Positions 29,187 to 39,770 are shown, counted from the stretch's first letter. The stretch is DNA of 64,000 bases from Patescibacteria group bacterium (GCA_038065455.1 JBBTQX010000002.1:55035-119034); one strand, 5' to 3'. The notes: generated by a model from the sequence alone, not told the origin. Numbers and translations are program-made.

Positions 29187-30048
29187 TCAAACCGAATATG
29201 TTAATAAATTTTATTGGATCAACCGAGACGGTGTTTATCTTTATCGATAGATGAAGATGCGGACCGGTCGCGTAACCCGTCTCCCCCACCGTGCCGATAA
29301 TTTGGCCGGACTTCACGGATTGCCCAACCTTCGCCTTAATGGCGTCCAGGTGCATATATAAAGAGAAGATGCCCGCGCCGTGATCCACTATTATAGTGTT
29401 ACCGTAAATCGGATCGTTCTCGGCCTTCCGCACAATGCCGTCGTTTATCGCCGCAACCGCGCTTCCTTTGGGCGAACCAAAATCAATGCCTAAATGCCTT
29501 ATCATCTGTTCTCCGCTTTTCCGCAATTCACCGTAGGGCGCCACGATTTTTCTGTTGTTATAAAGCGCCAATCCGAATGACTTGGAAAAAAATATATTAT
29601 CGGTTTTTATCGTCACAATAGAGTCGAGTTTGGATTGCTCGACCGCCAAATTTTTTGAAAGTTCATCCGAAGTCAGGCCTAATTTATCGGGCACACCGAG
29701 GTCCACAAGCGGGAACTTCCGCGCCCGAATGTAGAGCTTGGCGTCGAAAACCGAACCATCGGCAAACTTCACCGAGAAAGAGTGGTAGCCAGCCGTCTCG
29801 TTCGCCTTAATCGGACCGACAATTTGTTTTGAATTTTTATAGGAGATAACGGAAAGAGTCCGATTATCGAAGGAGGCACTCAAAGGAACCGCGTTCTTAT
29901 CCGAAACGACGGCGACCAAGGTATCCCCTTGAAAAAGCAAAGAATTCAAAAAACTCACATTAGCTGTCGCGGCCCGGGACGACCCGGCGAATATCAGAAA
30001 ACCCAGAAGAAAAACGAAGGGAATGAATCTTTTGATTGAAATTGACAT
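29179..30048 (-). CDS. M23 family metallopeptidase
   Basis: Signal peptide; HLGIDF, YMHL, TGPHLH. Confidence 0.92.
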   Translation of the reverse strand: MSISIKRFIPFVFLLGFLIFAGSSRAATANVSFLNSLLFQGDTLVAVVSDKNAVPLSASFDNRTLSVISYKNSKQIVGPIKANETAGYHSFSVKFADGSVFDAKLYIRARKFPLVDLGVPDKLGLTSDELSKNLAVEQSKLDSIVTIKTDNIFFSKSFGLALYNNRKIVAPYGELRKSGEQMIRHLGIDFGSPKGSAVAAINDGIVRKAENDPIYGNTIIVDHGAGIFSLYMHLDAIKAKVGQSVKSGQIIGTVGETGYATGPHLHLSIKINTVSVDPIKFINIFGLTR

Positions 30049-30100
30049 AAAAACTTAATTAGCCTTTATGAATAAAACGTGGAAAGGCGGGAAGTGTTTC

Positions 30101-31372
30101 TTAGAGATTTGCCGAGAATTCCTTTTTAAACTCCGAAAATCTCCCTTCCTTTATCGAGGTTCTGATTTTCTCCAGAAGATCGTTGAAAAAGAAAATGTTG
30201 TGTATCGTGGCGAGGCGCCCCGCGTTCAAGTCCTTCGCCTTGAACAACTCGCGCAATTTTCCCCTCGTGAGCTTCATTTCCGAACAAACCGGGCAAGAAC
30301 AGCCGCTTTGAATTTTCATATGACTCCCCTGCCAAACGCCTTTCTTGATATCAAACCGGCCGAACTTGGTCCATAAGGAGCCGTGCCGCGCCTCGCGCGT
30401 CGGTATCACGCAATCGAAGGTATCCATTCCCAATTCCACCGCGTCAAAAACGTCTTCTATCCGGCCAATGCCCAAAAGATGGCGCGGCTTTTCTTCCGGC
30501 AGATGCGCCGCGCTCCAACGGATAACGGAGAGCATTTGTTCGCGGGGCGCGCCCATCGATTCGCCGTAAGAGCCGCCGATTGCAAAGCCCTCGAACGGCT
30601 GGGCGCCGATGAATTTCGCGCTCGTCTCCCGCAAATCGCGGAAAGCGCCGCCCTGCACCACGCCATACATCGCTTGGTCTTTCCGTGTTCGAGCCGCGAG
30701 CGACCGCAAGGCCCACTTGTGCGTCCGTTCAAGTGATTTTTTCGTATACGCGTAGTCGTGACGCGGCGAGGTCGGCTCATCGAAAGCGACGATAATATCC
30801 GCTCCCAACTTTTCCTGTATTTTTACGGAGGTTTCCGCATCCAAATACGATTCACCATAATTGTCATTGAAACGGGCCCCATCTTCCGTTACCCTAACAA
30901 GGTTTTTTTCAGATTTGAGAGAAATATCGTCCTTTCTCGAATCTATCCCACCGAACTTTCCCATACCGTGCTCGCGCCCGAAACCCAGGCTGAAAACCTG
31001 AAAACCCCCGCTATCGGTCATAATCGGACCGGGCCACATATAATCGTGTAGATCTGGAAGATTATTTAATTTATCTAGCCCCGCCCCGTGTACTGGATGG
31101 GAGGGTAAGACTTGGCCTAGCGGCCCGGAGCGCCCGACCAGACGGTATGCGGGGCGGGGCTCATGCTCAAATGTTCGCCAGAGATGATAAGTGTTCGAAA
31201 TAATTAGCTGAGTCAAAGTCCTCGGAATATCTTCGGAATTCAAGCATCGCACCGCTCCGTGCGTCCCCACCACTACATAAGAAGGGGTCTCAATGATACC
31301 GTGCGGGGTTTTTAAAACGCCCGCGCGGGCGTTTGTTTTCGAATCTTTTTTCAGAATGTCGAATTCAAGCAT
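30101..31372 (-). CDS. tgt: tRNA-guanine transglycosylase with in-frame insertion
   Basis: NTYHL, TDSGGFQVFSL, GVVQGG, FDCVIPTR, CSCPVC...HN. Confidence 0.95.
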   Translation of the reverse strand: MLEFDILKKDSKTNARAGVLKTPHGIIETPSYVVVGTHGAVRCLNSEDIPRTLTQLIISNTYHLWRTFEHEPRPAYRLVGRSGPLGQVLPSHPVHGAGLDKLNNLPDLHDYMWPGPIMTDSGGFQVFSLGFGREHGMGKFGGIDSRKDDISLKSEKNLVRVTEDGARFNDNYGESYLDAETSVKIQEKLGADIIVAFDEPTSPRHDYAYTKKSLERTHKWALRSLAARTRKDQAMYGVVQGGAFRDLRETSAKFIGAQPFEGFAIGGSYGESMGAPREQMLSVIRWSAAHLPEEKPRHLLGIGRIEDVFDAVELGMDTFDCVIPTREARHGSLWTKFGRFDIKKGVWQGSHMKIQSGCSCPVCSEMKLTRGKLRELFKAKDLNAGRLATIHNIFFFNDLLEKIRTSIKEGRFSEFKKEFSANL

Positions 31373-32123
31373 TTTCTATTTCACTGCGCGCCCCGAAATA
31401 GTCGCAATAATCGCAATCTTTCCCGCTCTCGGGCAACTCGTCCGACTCCAGGCATTTTTTTATCTCTTCGAGCGTTCCCGAAACCCAATCGTCGTTCCCT
31501 TCGTAAGGAATTATTTTGATATCGAATTCAAGCTTCGCGTCGAAGGCTTCTTTGTCCGCATTGCCGTTGCAGTAGACGAAATAAGCGGTATTTGAGACCG
31601 GAAAATCGTTCCGGCGGAAAAGCCATTGGTAAACTTCCACCTGGCGCTTATAGCCGATCTGCCATTCCGCATCGAGATTCACCTCGCTGGATTTTGAGGT
31701 AGCCTTATAGTCCACGATATGCAATTCGTTTTTATTATTCAGCCAAACGTCGTCCACGCCGCCCCGGACAATCAGATTGGTCGGGCTATGGAAGAATTTT
31801 ATTCCCTGCGTCCGGGAATTCCGCCACTCCTCCAGCTTGTCGTTGGGATACGGCACCGCATCGATTTTATATTTTTTCATCAGCGGATGAGCGGAGCCAG
31901 CGGCCCGATGAGCATCGAATTCTTTCTTAAGAAGGGCGTCGACCGCCGTATTCAAACTGAAGGGGTATCCGGGCGGACGACCGGTGCCGAGCCGCTTATC
32001 AATATAAAAACAACGGGGACATTGGAGAAACAAATCTATTCCGCTTCGACTTATCACGAACGGGTCGGCGGAATTTGGAACGAACAAATTCCTTATCTTA
32101 TGCGGATTATAATATTCGGACAT
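31365..32123 (-). CDS. PD-(D/E)XK nuclease (RecB/Cas4-like)
   Basis: CPRCFY, GGVDD, IVDYKAT, QVEVY, C-terminal CDYC; start at MSEYY. Confidence 0.85.
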   Translation of the reverse strand: MSEYYNPHKIRNLFVPNSADPFVISRSGIDLFLQCPRCFYIDKRLGTGRPPGYPFSLNTAVDALLKKEFDAHRAAGSAHPLMKKYKIDAVPYPNDKLEEWRNSRTQGIKFFHSPTNLIVRGGVDDVWLNNKNELHIVDYKATSKSSEVNLDAEWQIGYKRQVEVYQWLFRRNDFPVSNTAYFVYCNGNADKEAFDAKLEFDIKIIPYEGNDDWVSGTLEEIKKCLESDELPESGKDCDYCDYFGARSEIENA

Positions 32124-32332
32124 TAATCTTGAATCTTCTGTATTCTTTTCGAAAAGAAAAATATATAAGCTATCTCGAGAATTCCCACGGTATTGATAAT
32201 AAGCAACGCGATAAACCAATTTCTATCGGAACGTCTAGCGGCCTTCCAGAGCGCCACTCCTTTCCAAGGCAGGGTCCAAATTAACAGAAGGATAAGAATC
32301 CATTGATCTTGGCTTTGAAGAATATTGAACAT
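32123..32332 (-). CDS. Small membrane protein (DUF5652-like)
   Basis: WTLPWKGVALWKAARR...WFI.LL..NT.GILEI.Y. Confidence 0.8.
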   Translation of the reverse strand: MFNILQSQDQWILILLLIWTLPWKGVALWKAARRSDRNWFIALLIINTVGILEIAYIFFFSKRIQKIQD

Positions 32333-32356
32333 TTTTTATGTTTAGATTAACGGCCT

Positions 32357-32431
32357 TTATATTTTTGCGAAACCAATATAAACGAGTACGAAACCGATAA
32401 TTACGAAGATTAAAAATTCGGCATGTTTCAT
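32357..32431 (-). CDS. Possible 24-aa single-TM microprotein
   Basis: MKHAEFLIFVIIGFVLVYIGFAKI*, TATAAT just upstream. Confidence 0.35.
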   Translation of the reverse strand: MKHAEFLIFVIIGFVLVYIGFAKI

Positions 32432-32449
32432 ATTGGTATATATTATATC

Positions 32450-33688
32450 TTATTCGTACCTTAACGCTTCAATCGGGCTTTTTTTAGAGGCCTGCCGGGC
32501 GGGATAAATGCCAAAAACTAGGCCCACGAATGCGGCTACTCCCAAACCAAGTGCTGCCGCGCCCACCGGAAAAGTAAAAGCCCAATTTACCGCCAAAACA
32601 TTGCTTAAAACAATGGATATGAGAAACGATAACGAAGCGCCAAGAGCAATACCAATTGCGCCGCCCACGGCGGTGAGAATAACCGACTCAAGGAGGAATT
32701 GAACGAGAATATCTTTTTCGGTTGCTCCCAGTGCTTTTCGAAGGCCAATTTCCCGCGTTCGTTCGGTCACTGATACGAGCATAATATTCATAATACCGAT
32801 GCCGCCAACCAGAAGAGAGATTGCGGCCACTGCCGCAAGAAAAAGTGTCAGCACATTCGTGATGGTTGAGACCATTTGAACCGCCTCTGCCTGAGTTTCG
32901 ATGAAGAAATCATCCTTGTCGGGGTTGTCTATATTATGCGAATTCCGGAGTGTGACTTTCACATCCTCGACCGTCTGGGCTACGGCGGATTCCGTATCGG
33001 TCTCCACCACAATGCGATTAAAATGTTTGATACCAAAAACATACTGCTGGCCGGTGGTATAAGGAATGAAAGCCACTTCATCGAAATTAATAAACGACGA
33101 CTGGCCTTTTTTAGGCAGGATACCGATAACCCGAAAATTTCGGCCCTTGATTTTTATTTTCTGATTTAAAATGTCATCGTTTCCAACCAATTCTTCTTTT
33201 ACCTTGGAACCGATAATAACGACGTCGGCATAACTTTTCACTTCATCATCCGAAAAAATCCGGCCCTTCTCAGGATAAATATTGTAAATTTCCGAAAAGA
33301 GTCCGGTCACGCCGAAAATGGTCGGCCGATAAGTCTCGCTCCCAAAGGCAGCCGTTTCCGCACCAAATACGACGGGCATAATACCGTTGAGGTGCGGTAC
33401 ATTGGCTTTTTTGTTCAAAGCGTCGATATCCTTCGACTTCAGCGAATCAGCGAATGTGGAAATAAAATCCGTCGGCCCTTTGGGCTGTCGGCCGGGTACG
33501 ATAGCGATAACTTTAGATCCAATTCCTTGAACCTGGCCCAAAATCAAATCCTGTGCTCCTTGACCCAGCGACATTACGAGAATGATGGAAGTGATACCTA
33601 TCACGATTCCCAAAATTGTAAGCACCGATCGGGATTTGTGGGTCGCGAGTCCGTTCAAAGCGGTTTTCATCGAATACTTGATATGCAT
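32450..33688 (-). CDS. MacB/FtsX-family ABC transporter permease
   Basis: RSVLTILGIVIGI, GGIGIMNIMLVSVTERTREIGLRKALGA. Confidence 0.95.
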   Translation of the reverse strand: MHIKYSMKTALNGLATHKSRSVLTILGIVIGITSIILVMSLGQGAQDLILGQVQGIGSKVIAIVPGRQPKGPTDFISTFADSLKSKDIDALNKKANVPHLNGIMPVVFGAETAAFGSETYRPTIFGVTGLFSEIYNIYPEKGRIFSDDEVKSYADVVIIGSKVKEELVGNDDILNQKIKIKGRNFRVIGILPKKGQSSFINFDEVAFIPYTTGQQYVFGIKHFNRIVVETDTESAVAQTVEDVKVTLRNSHNIDNPDKDDFFIETQAEAVQMVSTITNVLTLFLAAVAAISLLVGGIGIMNIMLVSVTERTREIGLRKALGATEKDILVQFLLESVILTAVGGAIGIALGASLSFLISIVLSNVLAVNWAFTFPVGAAALGLGVAAFVGLVFGIYPARQASKKSPIEALRYE

Positions 33689-34408
33689 TTATTTTGAAAA
33701 TTCGTCGCTTCGGCGCCGATGGCCGACTTTTTCGTCTTTATCTATCTTACCGTCCAGAATATGGATAATTCTTTCGGCGTGTTCGGCAGTATATGTTTCG
33801 TGGGTGATGAGAATAATGGTATGGCCGTGTTTTTCGTTCAGGTGCTGGATGGTTTCCATCACAGCCAAGCCGGATTTGGAATCCAGGTTTCCGGTCGGCT
33901 CGTCGGCGAAGATGATTTGCGGGTCGAGCACGAGCGCCCGCGCGATAGCCACTCGCTGTTTTTCGCCACCCGAAAGCTTGGCCGATTCGTGATTCACCCG
34001 ATGGGAAAGGCCGACGGCTTCAATTGCCTTCATTGTTTTCTCGTTCCAAAGTGATTCTTCGATATCCGAATACAAAAGGGGCAGTTTCACATTTTCAAGG
34101 ACGGATGCTCTGGACAGCAAATTGAAAGTTTGAAAAACGAAGCCCATTTGTCGGTTGCGCACCCGAGCCAGCTCTACCGGCGAATAATCGTCGATGGTTT
34201 TTCCGTCGAAACGGTAAGTGCCGCCGCTTTGGCGATCGAGAAATCCGAGAATATGGAGAAGCGTCGATTTACCGGAGCCGGATGGCCCCATAATCGCCAC
34301 AAACTCTCCTTTGTTTATTTTAAATGTAACGCCCCGCACGGCTTGTGTGACCGCGCCGCCATCCTCGTCGTAAGTTTTCTCCAGACCTTCCGCCTCGATT
34401 AAAGCCAT
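33689..34408 (-). CDS. ABC transporter ATP-binding protein (MacB/LolD type)
   Basis: GPSGSGKST, LSGGEKQRVAIARAL, ADEPTGNLD. Confidence 0.96.
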   Translation of the reverse strand: MALIEAEGLEKTYDEDGGAVTQAVRGVTFKINKGEFVAIMGPSGSGKSTLLHILGFLDRQSGGTYRFDGKTIDDYSPVELARVRNRQMGFVFQTFNLLSRASVLENVKLPLLYSDIEESLWNEKTMKAIEAVGLSHRVNHESAKLSGGEKQRVAIARALVLDPQIIFADEPTGNLDSKSGLAVMETIQHLNEKHGHTIILITHETYTAEHAERIIHILDGKIDKDEKVGHRRRSDEFSK

Positions 34409-34414
34409 GAAAAT

Positions 34415-35851
34415 TTAAAGATTATTTGTGATTACCGATTCATTTTCCTCCAGGCCTTTCAGTATTTCCACATTCCCATCCACTCCTCGAAGTCCCGTTT
34501 CAATGACGCGTTTTTCGGAAACGCCGTTCCCTTTATCCACAAGCACAAATTTTTCGCCGTTCTGATTAGTGACCGCTCTTTGCGGAATCGTGAGTGCATT
34601 CTCGCGCTTATCGGTAAAGACGGTGATATTGGCCGTCATGCCGGACTTCACCCGATCATCATTCTTCAAAAACTGGAATTTTGTTTTGTAAGTGGCTACA
34701 CCCTCGACCACGGTCTCGGCCGGCTCAATTGAAGAAACTTTAATGTTGAAAATAATATCGTTACCGTACGTATCCAATGTAACAGTGCCCTCTTCGCCGA
34801 CTTTGATTTTGGCGATGTCGGCTTCCGGCACGTTGGCTTCCACTTCGAAATTGCTGGCGGAAATAATCGAAACCATGAGCGCGCCCGGCGAAGCAATTTC
34901 GCCGACCTTAGCGTTTTGGAACGTCACGACGCCCGAGATCGGCGAGTAAATTACGGTTTTCGATATCTGCGCTTTTATATTCGCCAGTCCGGCTTCATAT
35001 GATTTCACGTTTGCTTCGAGCGAAGCGACGGCGGCTTTCTGGGCCGATATGGATTGTTCCTGGTCCGTGATATCCGCAAGAACGGCGTTCACATTCGTCC
35101 GGGCAGTATTGATATTCGTTTTATAGGAGTCGATTAAAGATTGGGTTAAAGACGAATCGGCCGCATTCACGACTGCCTCCATTGCCTTCGAAAGCAGGGA
35201 GCGAACAGTCGTCAGATAATTTTTGGACTTCACGAGATAATTCTGAAATTCGATTTTGGAATCCATTCCGGCCATGACGGCGAGATCCGACGACCAGCCG
35301 GCGAGATCGCTCGTCGCCGAAAGGCGCAGCTGCCTCAAATTGTTGTCTATCGCGATATCTTTGGTCTGGAAAGTCAGGCTCGGATTCTGCAAATCGTCGT
35401 TCGTAAAAAGCGCGTCCAGCTGTTTTCTTACGGCATCGTCGGCTTTGGCATAAGCGTTATTCAAAATATCCGGAATACTTCCGTAATAATTTGAAAGGAT
35501 AATCTCGGCCTTGGCCAAATCCGAATTTTGCGCGGCGAGATCCGCTTCGGCTTTGGAAAGTTGGGCCTCGAATTCGACCGCGTCCAGAGCAATCACCGAT
35601 TCGCCGATATAAACGCGATCGCCAACTTGGGCATTGACCGCCGCAATGCGGCCGCTCTTTTCAAAAGCCAGGTCAACATTCTTTGCCGGCTTCACCTTGC
35701 CCGTAACCGAAACCTCTTCGGAAACGCTCCCCCGAACGACTCTCGCGGTTTCAAAGGGCGATTTGCTCTTACCCGAAAAGACAAGGAAAACCGCGATTAC
35801 GATTACAATGCCCAAAACCGCCAATACCCAGGGTTTTTTGAAATAATTCAT
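34415..35851 (-). CDS. Efflux periplasmic adaptor subunit (MacA/HlyD-like)
   Basis: N-terminal TM, lipoyl halves flanking a long coiled coil, SPISGVV, GMTA. Confidence 0.9.
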   Translation of the reverse strand: MNYFKKPWVLAVLGIVIVIAVFLVFSGKSKSPFETARVVRGSVSEEVSVTGKVKPAKNVDLAFEKSGRIAAVNAQVGDRVYIGESVIALDAVEFEAQLSKAEADLAAQNSDLAKAEIILSNYYGSIPDILNNAYAKADDAVRKQLDALFTNDDLQNPSLTFQTKDIAIDNNLRQLRLSATSDLAGWSSDLAVMAGMDSKIEFQNYLVKSKNYLTTVRSLLSKAMEAVVNAADSSLTQSLIDSYKTNINTARTNVNAVLADITDQEQSISAQKAAVASLEANVKSYEAGLANIKAQISKTVIYSPISGVVTFQNAKVGEIASPGALMVSIISASNFEVEANVPEADIAKIKVGEEGTVTLDTYGNDIIFNIKVSSIEPAETVVEGVATYKTKFQFLKNDDRVKSGMTANITVFTDKRENALTIPQRAVTNQNGEKFVLVDKGNGVSEKRVIETGLRGVDGNVEILKGLEENESVITNNL

Positions 35852-35861
35852 ATTGCGCTCT

Positions 35862-37004
35862 TTATTGTATCGCGCGGGCGATCGCTTTCACAACTGCTTT
35901 ATCAAAAGCGTCCGGCAGGATTCTTTCGCGATTCGGGTGCTTGATTATAGCAGCGAGATTTTTGGCGGCTTTGACGAGCATCTCGTCCGTAATATCCCTC
36001 ACTTTGTGATCCAGCGCTCCCCGGAAAATTCCCGGAAAAGCCAGCACGTTGTTTATCTGGTTCGGAAAATCCGAGCGCCCGGTCGCGATTATCCAAGCAC
36101 CGGCTTTCTTTGCCTCGTCCGGCATTATCTCCGGTACCGGATTGGCCATGGCAAAAATAATTGGCTTCGGGTTCATTTCTCTTATCATTCGGGGCGTGAG
36201 GAGTCCAGCTTTGCTCACCCCGATGAATATGTCGGTGCCCTTCAGGCTTTCTTCTAATCCACCCTTCATCTTCTTTTTATTCGTCGATTTCGCGAGTTTC
36301 TTCTTGTATTCATCCAAGCCGGGCCGGCCTTCATATATAGTGCCCTTGGAATCAACGAGGACGATATTTTTGAAGCCGAATTTCAAAAGCAGCTGCGCAA
36401 TGGCGTTTCCGGCCGCGCCCGCGCCATTCAAAACCAGTTTCGCTTTTTCTTTCGTGAGGCCGCGCACCTTTAAAGCGTTTATGAGCGCCGCGAGGACGAC
36501 TGTCGCCGTGCCGTGCTGGTCGTCGTGCATCACGGGGATTTTCAATTCTTTTTTGAGGCGCGCTTCTATCTCGAAACAGCGCGGCGCGGAAATATCTTCC
36601 AGATTTATTCCGCCGAAGACCGGCGCGATTCTTTTTACCGTTTCCACTATCTCATCCGGGTCTTGGGTGTCTAAGCAAATCGGAAAAGCATCCACGTTCG
36701 CGAATGCTTTGAAAAGAATAGCTTTCCCTTCCATTACGGGAATGGCCGCCTCCGCTCCAAGATTGCCCAAACCCAAAATGGCCGAGCCATCCGAAACGAT
36801 TGCCACTGTATTGCTTTTGAGCGTGTATATTTCCGCGAGCTTTTTATCTTTCCCGATGACTCGGCTCACCGCGCCCACGCCCGGCGTGTATGCAAGCGTA
36901 AGATCCGCCCTATTTTTGAGCGGCACTTTACTCGCAATCTCAAGCTTCCCCGAATATTTTTTATGGAGAACGAGCGAAGCGGCATAGACATCCCGCTTTT
37001 TCAT
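35862..37004 (-). CDS. NAD(P)-dependent malic enzyme
   Basis: AYTPGV, GGINLEDISAP, HDDQHGTA, GAGAAG, ATGRSDFPNQINN. Confidence 0.95.
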   Translation of the reverse strand: MKKRDVYAASLVLHKKYSGKLEIASKVPLKNRADLTLAYTPGVGAVSRVIGKDKKLAEIYTLKSNTVAIVSDGSAILGLGNLGAEAAIPVMEGKAILFKAFANVDAFPICLDTQDPDEIVETVKRIAPVFGGINLEDISAPRCFEIEARLKKELKIPVMHDDQHGTATVVLAALINALKVRGLTKEKAKLVLNGAGAAGNAIAQLLLKFGFKNIVLVDSKGTIYEGRPGLDEYKKKLAKSTNKKKMKGGLEESLKGTDIFIGVSKAGLLTPRMIREMNPKPIIFAMANPVPEIMPDEAKKAGAWIIATGRSDFPNQINNVLAFPGIFRGALDHKVRDITDEMLVKAAKNLAAIIKHPNRERILPDAFDKAVVKAIARAIQ

Positions 37005-37013
37005 TTGATGGAG

Positions 37014-37247
37014 TTAAATTTTTAGAAGTTGGGCAAGCTTCGCCTTGTCGAAACCGATAATAATTTTGTCGTCCACCTCGATAACCGGCACGCCCATCTG
37101 GCCGGATATATCAATCATCCTTTTCTGGGCTGGAATATCCACGGAAACGTCTTTTTCTTCGAACGCGACATTGTTGGCCTGGAAATAGGCCTTGGCCATT
37201 TTGCAAAACACACAACTCGGAGTGCTGTAGATTATTACTTTTGGCAT
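37014..37247 (-). CDS. Glutaredoxin/NrdH-like redoxin
   Basis: YSTPSCVFC, GVPVI, IGFD. Confidence 0.9.
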   Translation of the reverse strand: MPKVIIYSTPSCVFCKMAKAYFQANNVAFEEKDVSVDIPAQKRMIDISGQMGVPVIEVDDKIIIGFDKAKLAQLLKI

Positions 37248-37288
37248 ATCCCTTAATTATGGGGGAACATTATTCCCAGTCAACTTGA

Positions 37289-39274
37289 CTAATATTCCAC
37301 CGATTCATCGTCATCTATCCCGTCCGTTTCGTCGTTATAGTTGGTCTTTTTTTTGGCGTTCCCCATCGAAAGGTCTTTGTGCTGGACGCTCAAGAGCACG
37401 CTCGGGTCGTCCAGAAAACGCGAAAGCCGATTGAAGGACATTGGACCCATATTTCCCGCTAAATGGAATAGGAGAAATAGTTTATTCCGGGCGCGGGTAA
37501 TGGCAACATAGAAAAGCCGGCGCTCTTCCTCGATTTCATCTTTCGACTTCAAAGCCATTTTAGAAGGCAGAATTCCTTCTATTATTCCGAGAAGATACAC
37601 CGCATCCCATTCCAAGCCTTTCGCCGAGTGAATGGTGGAAAGAGTAAGGGGCTTTTCCTCGTCTTTTTCCGAGTCTTTTCCTTTCTGGTTTTCTTCCGGT
37701 ATCTCTATCGCCAAATCCGCCAGCAAATCGTTCAAGTCCGTATAATTATCTGCGATCGGTCGGATGGCTTCCAAATCGTTCAGCCGATTCGGCCACTCGT
37801 CGAACTTGTCTTTCAGAAACGGCAGATAGTAATCGGCAACAAGACCGAACTTCTCGGAGACCGTTTTATCTTGGAAAGCTTCCGCAAGAGTTTCCTTCAA
37901 ATCCAGGAGATAGGGCGAATACTTGTATCCGGCGGAATATTCATCGAGAGCGGCGAGCGCCGAATCCCAATCCTCCGCTCGATGTATTGTTGAAGAAATA
38001 TTCTCCGCCGTCTTTCCCCCGATGCCCGGCAAAAGCGTAAGAACCCGGCTCCAGCTCAATTCGTCTTTGAAGTTCGCGAGTATTTTCAAATGCGCGAGCA
38101 CATCTTTCACGTGCGCCGTTTCGTAGAATTTCAATCCGCCGAAAAATTTGAATGGAATCCGCGCGCGGGCAAGCTCCGCCTGAAGCGGGATGGAAATATA
38201 AGATGAGCGGAAAAGCACCGCCTGATGCGCGAAAGGCATACCGTCCAGTACCGCTTCCTGAATAGTCTCCTTTATCCATTCCGCTTCGTCTTCCGCATCG
38301 CCGAAATACATTATCGTCGGTTTCTCCCCCGTACTTTCCCGGGCAGCCGTCAGAACTTTCTTAAACTTGTTCTCCATGTTGTCGAGAACCGAATTCGACA
38401 AATCCAATATTGCCTGCGTGCTCCGATAATTGCTCTCCAGCTTCACGAGCTTGCACTCCTTGAACTGGTCGGGAAAATTCATAATGTTTTCGTGATAGGC
38501 GCCGCGGAAGCCGTAGATGCTCTGCGCGTCATCCCCCACCACCATCACATTCTTGTGCTTGGAAGCCAAAAGATAAGTGATATCGCCCTGCATTTTGTTC
38601 GTGTCCTGGTATTCGTCCACCATTATGTATTCATATTTTTGGGAGAGGATATTCCTGATTTGCTCGTCTTTCAGGACTTCGCGGGCATAGAACAGGAGAT
38701 CGTCATAATCCAGATAGCCGTTTTCCTTCTTGTATTCGGCATAATTCTTCTTGACCCGCTCAATATCTCCGACGAATTGGCTCAAGTGCTCGTATTCCTT
38801 TTCCAGTATCCCCTCTATCGAAAGATTTTTGTTCAAGGCGCCGCTAATGATATTTCGGAGCGTGCCCTTTTGGGGAAATTTCTTATCCCCGCCCGAAAAT
38901 CCCAATCTCGTCGCAATCTTCCCCACTGCTTCCTGCGCGTCGTCTTCATCCATAATTATGAGATTCTTCGGCAAGCCAATCTGCGCGCCATATTGCTTCA
39001 ATAATTTATAAGCGAACGAATGGAATGTGCCGCCCTCCACCTTGCAAGCGCGGGGGTCGTGTTCGGCTGCGCGGTTAAGCATCTCGGCGGATGCCCGGCG
39101 CGTGAAGGTCAAAAGCAAAATAGATTCGGGCTTTATGCCGTGTTCTATCAAATTCAAAACGCGGTATTCGATAACCCGCGTTTTTCCCGAGCCCGGCCCC
39201 GCAATCACCAAGACCGGCCCCTTAATTGTCTCCACCGCCTCCCGCTGGCTGGAGTTTAGAAGTTTATCGGACAT
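37289..39274 (-). CDS. UvrD/Rep/PcrA-family helicase
   Basis: AGPGSGKT, VDEYQD, VGDDAQSIYGFRGA, TIHSAKGLEW, EERRLFYVAITRA. Confidence 0.95.
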   Translation of the reverse strand: MSDKLLNSSQREAVETIKGPVLVIAGPGSGKTRVIEYRVLNLIEHGIKPESILLLTFTRRASAEMLNRAAEHDPRACKVEGGTFHSFAYKLLKQYGAQIGLPKNLIIMDEDDAQEAVGKIATRLGFSGGDKKFPQKGTLRNIISGALNKNLSIEGILEKEYEHLSQFVGDIERVKKNYAEYKKENGYLDYDDLLFYAREVLKDEQIRNILSQKYEYIMVDEYQDTNKMQGDITYLLASKHKNVMVVGDDAQSIYGFRGAYHENIMNFPDQFKECKLVKLESNYRSTQAILDLSNSVLDNMENKFKKVLTAARESTGEKPTIMYFGDAEDEAEWIKETIQEAVLDGMPFAHQAVLFRSSYISIPLQAELARARIPFKFFGGLKFYETAHVKDVLAHLKILANFKDELSWSRVLTLLPGIGGKTAENISSTIHRAEDWDSALAALDEYSAGYKYSPYLLDLKETLAEAFQDKTVSEKFGLVADYYLPFLKDKFDEWPNRLNDLEAIRPIADNYTDLNDLLADLAIEIPEENQKGKDSEKDEEKPLTLSTIHSAKGLEWDAVYLLGIIEGILPSKMALKSKDEIEEERRLFYVAITRARNKLFLLFHLAGNMGPMSFNRLSRFLDDPSVLLSVQHKDLSMGNAKKKTNYNDETDGIDDDESVEY

Positions 39275-39286
39275 ACGATTGGTTTT

Positions 39287-39763
39287 TTAATTCAGAAGCC
39301 AGATGGACCAGTTCAGATAGGTCGCGAAGGTTACCCAAACGATGTACGGTGCCAAAAGCCAGGCGGCCGGACGGGAGATTTTGGAAAACGAGATAATCGT
39401 CGCGAGAACCGCAACCCAAAGCGAAATCAACTCGATAAGAGCCGGTCCGGGGCTTTGCAAGCCAAAGAAGACGATGGACCAGGCCGCATTCAAAGCCAAT
39501 TGGATGCCGAAAACTCCAAGCGCCAATCTCACCTCCTTATTCTCCCAACCATTCGTCCATACGATATATGCCGCAATGCCCATCAAGAGATAAAGCGCCG
39601 TCCAGACGGGACCGAAAAGCCAACCCGGCGGATTTATTACCGGCTTTATAAGCTCGGTATACCACGAAGGGATCGCCCACGCCGTGAAAAACGAGCCGAT
39701 TACTCCGACCAGCTCCGAAATTACGATTGCGATGATTAGCTTGGGGAAGTTGATTGACCTCAT
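39287..39763 (-). CDS. tspO: TspO/MBR family protein
   Basis: WY..L.KP...PP.W.FGPVWT.LY, LLAPY..W. Confidence 0.92.
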   Translation of the reverse strand: MRSINFPKLIIAIVISELVGVIGSFFTAWAIPSWYTELIKPVINPPGWLFGPVWTALYLLMGIAAYIVWTNGWENKEVRLALGVFGIQLALNAAWSIVFFGLQSPGPALIELISLWVAVLATIISFSKISRPAAWLLAPYIVWVTFATYLNWSIWLLN

Positions 39764-39770
39764 TTTTTTA

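Noticed and set aside
31365-32123. Cas4 or CRISPR system
   Set aside because: No repeat-spacer array or other cas genes seen in the window; solo PD-(D/E)XK nuclease.
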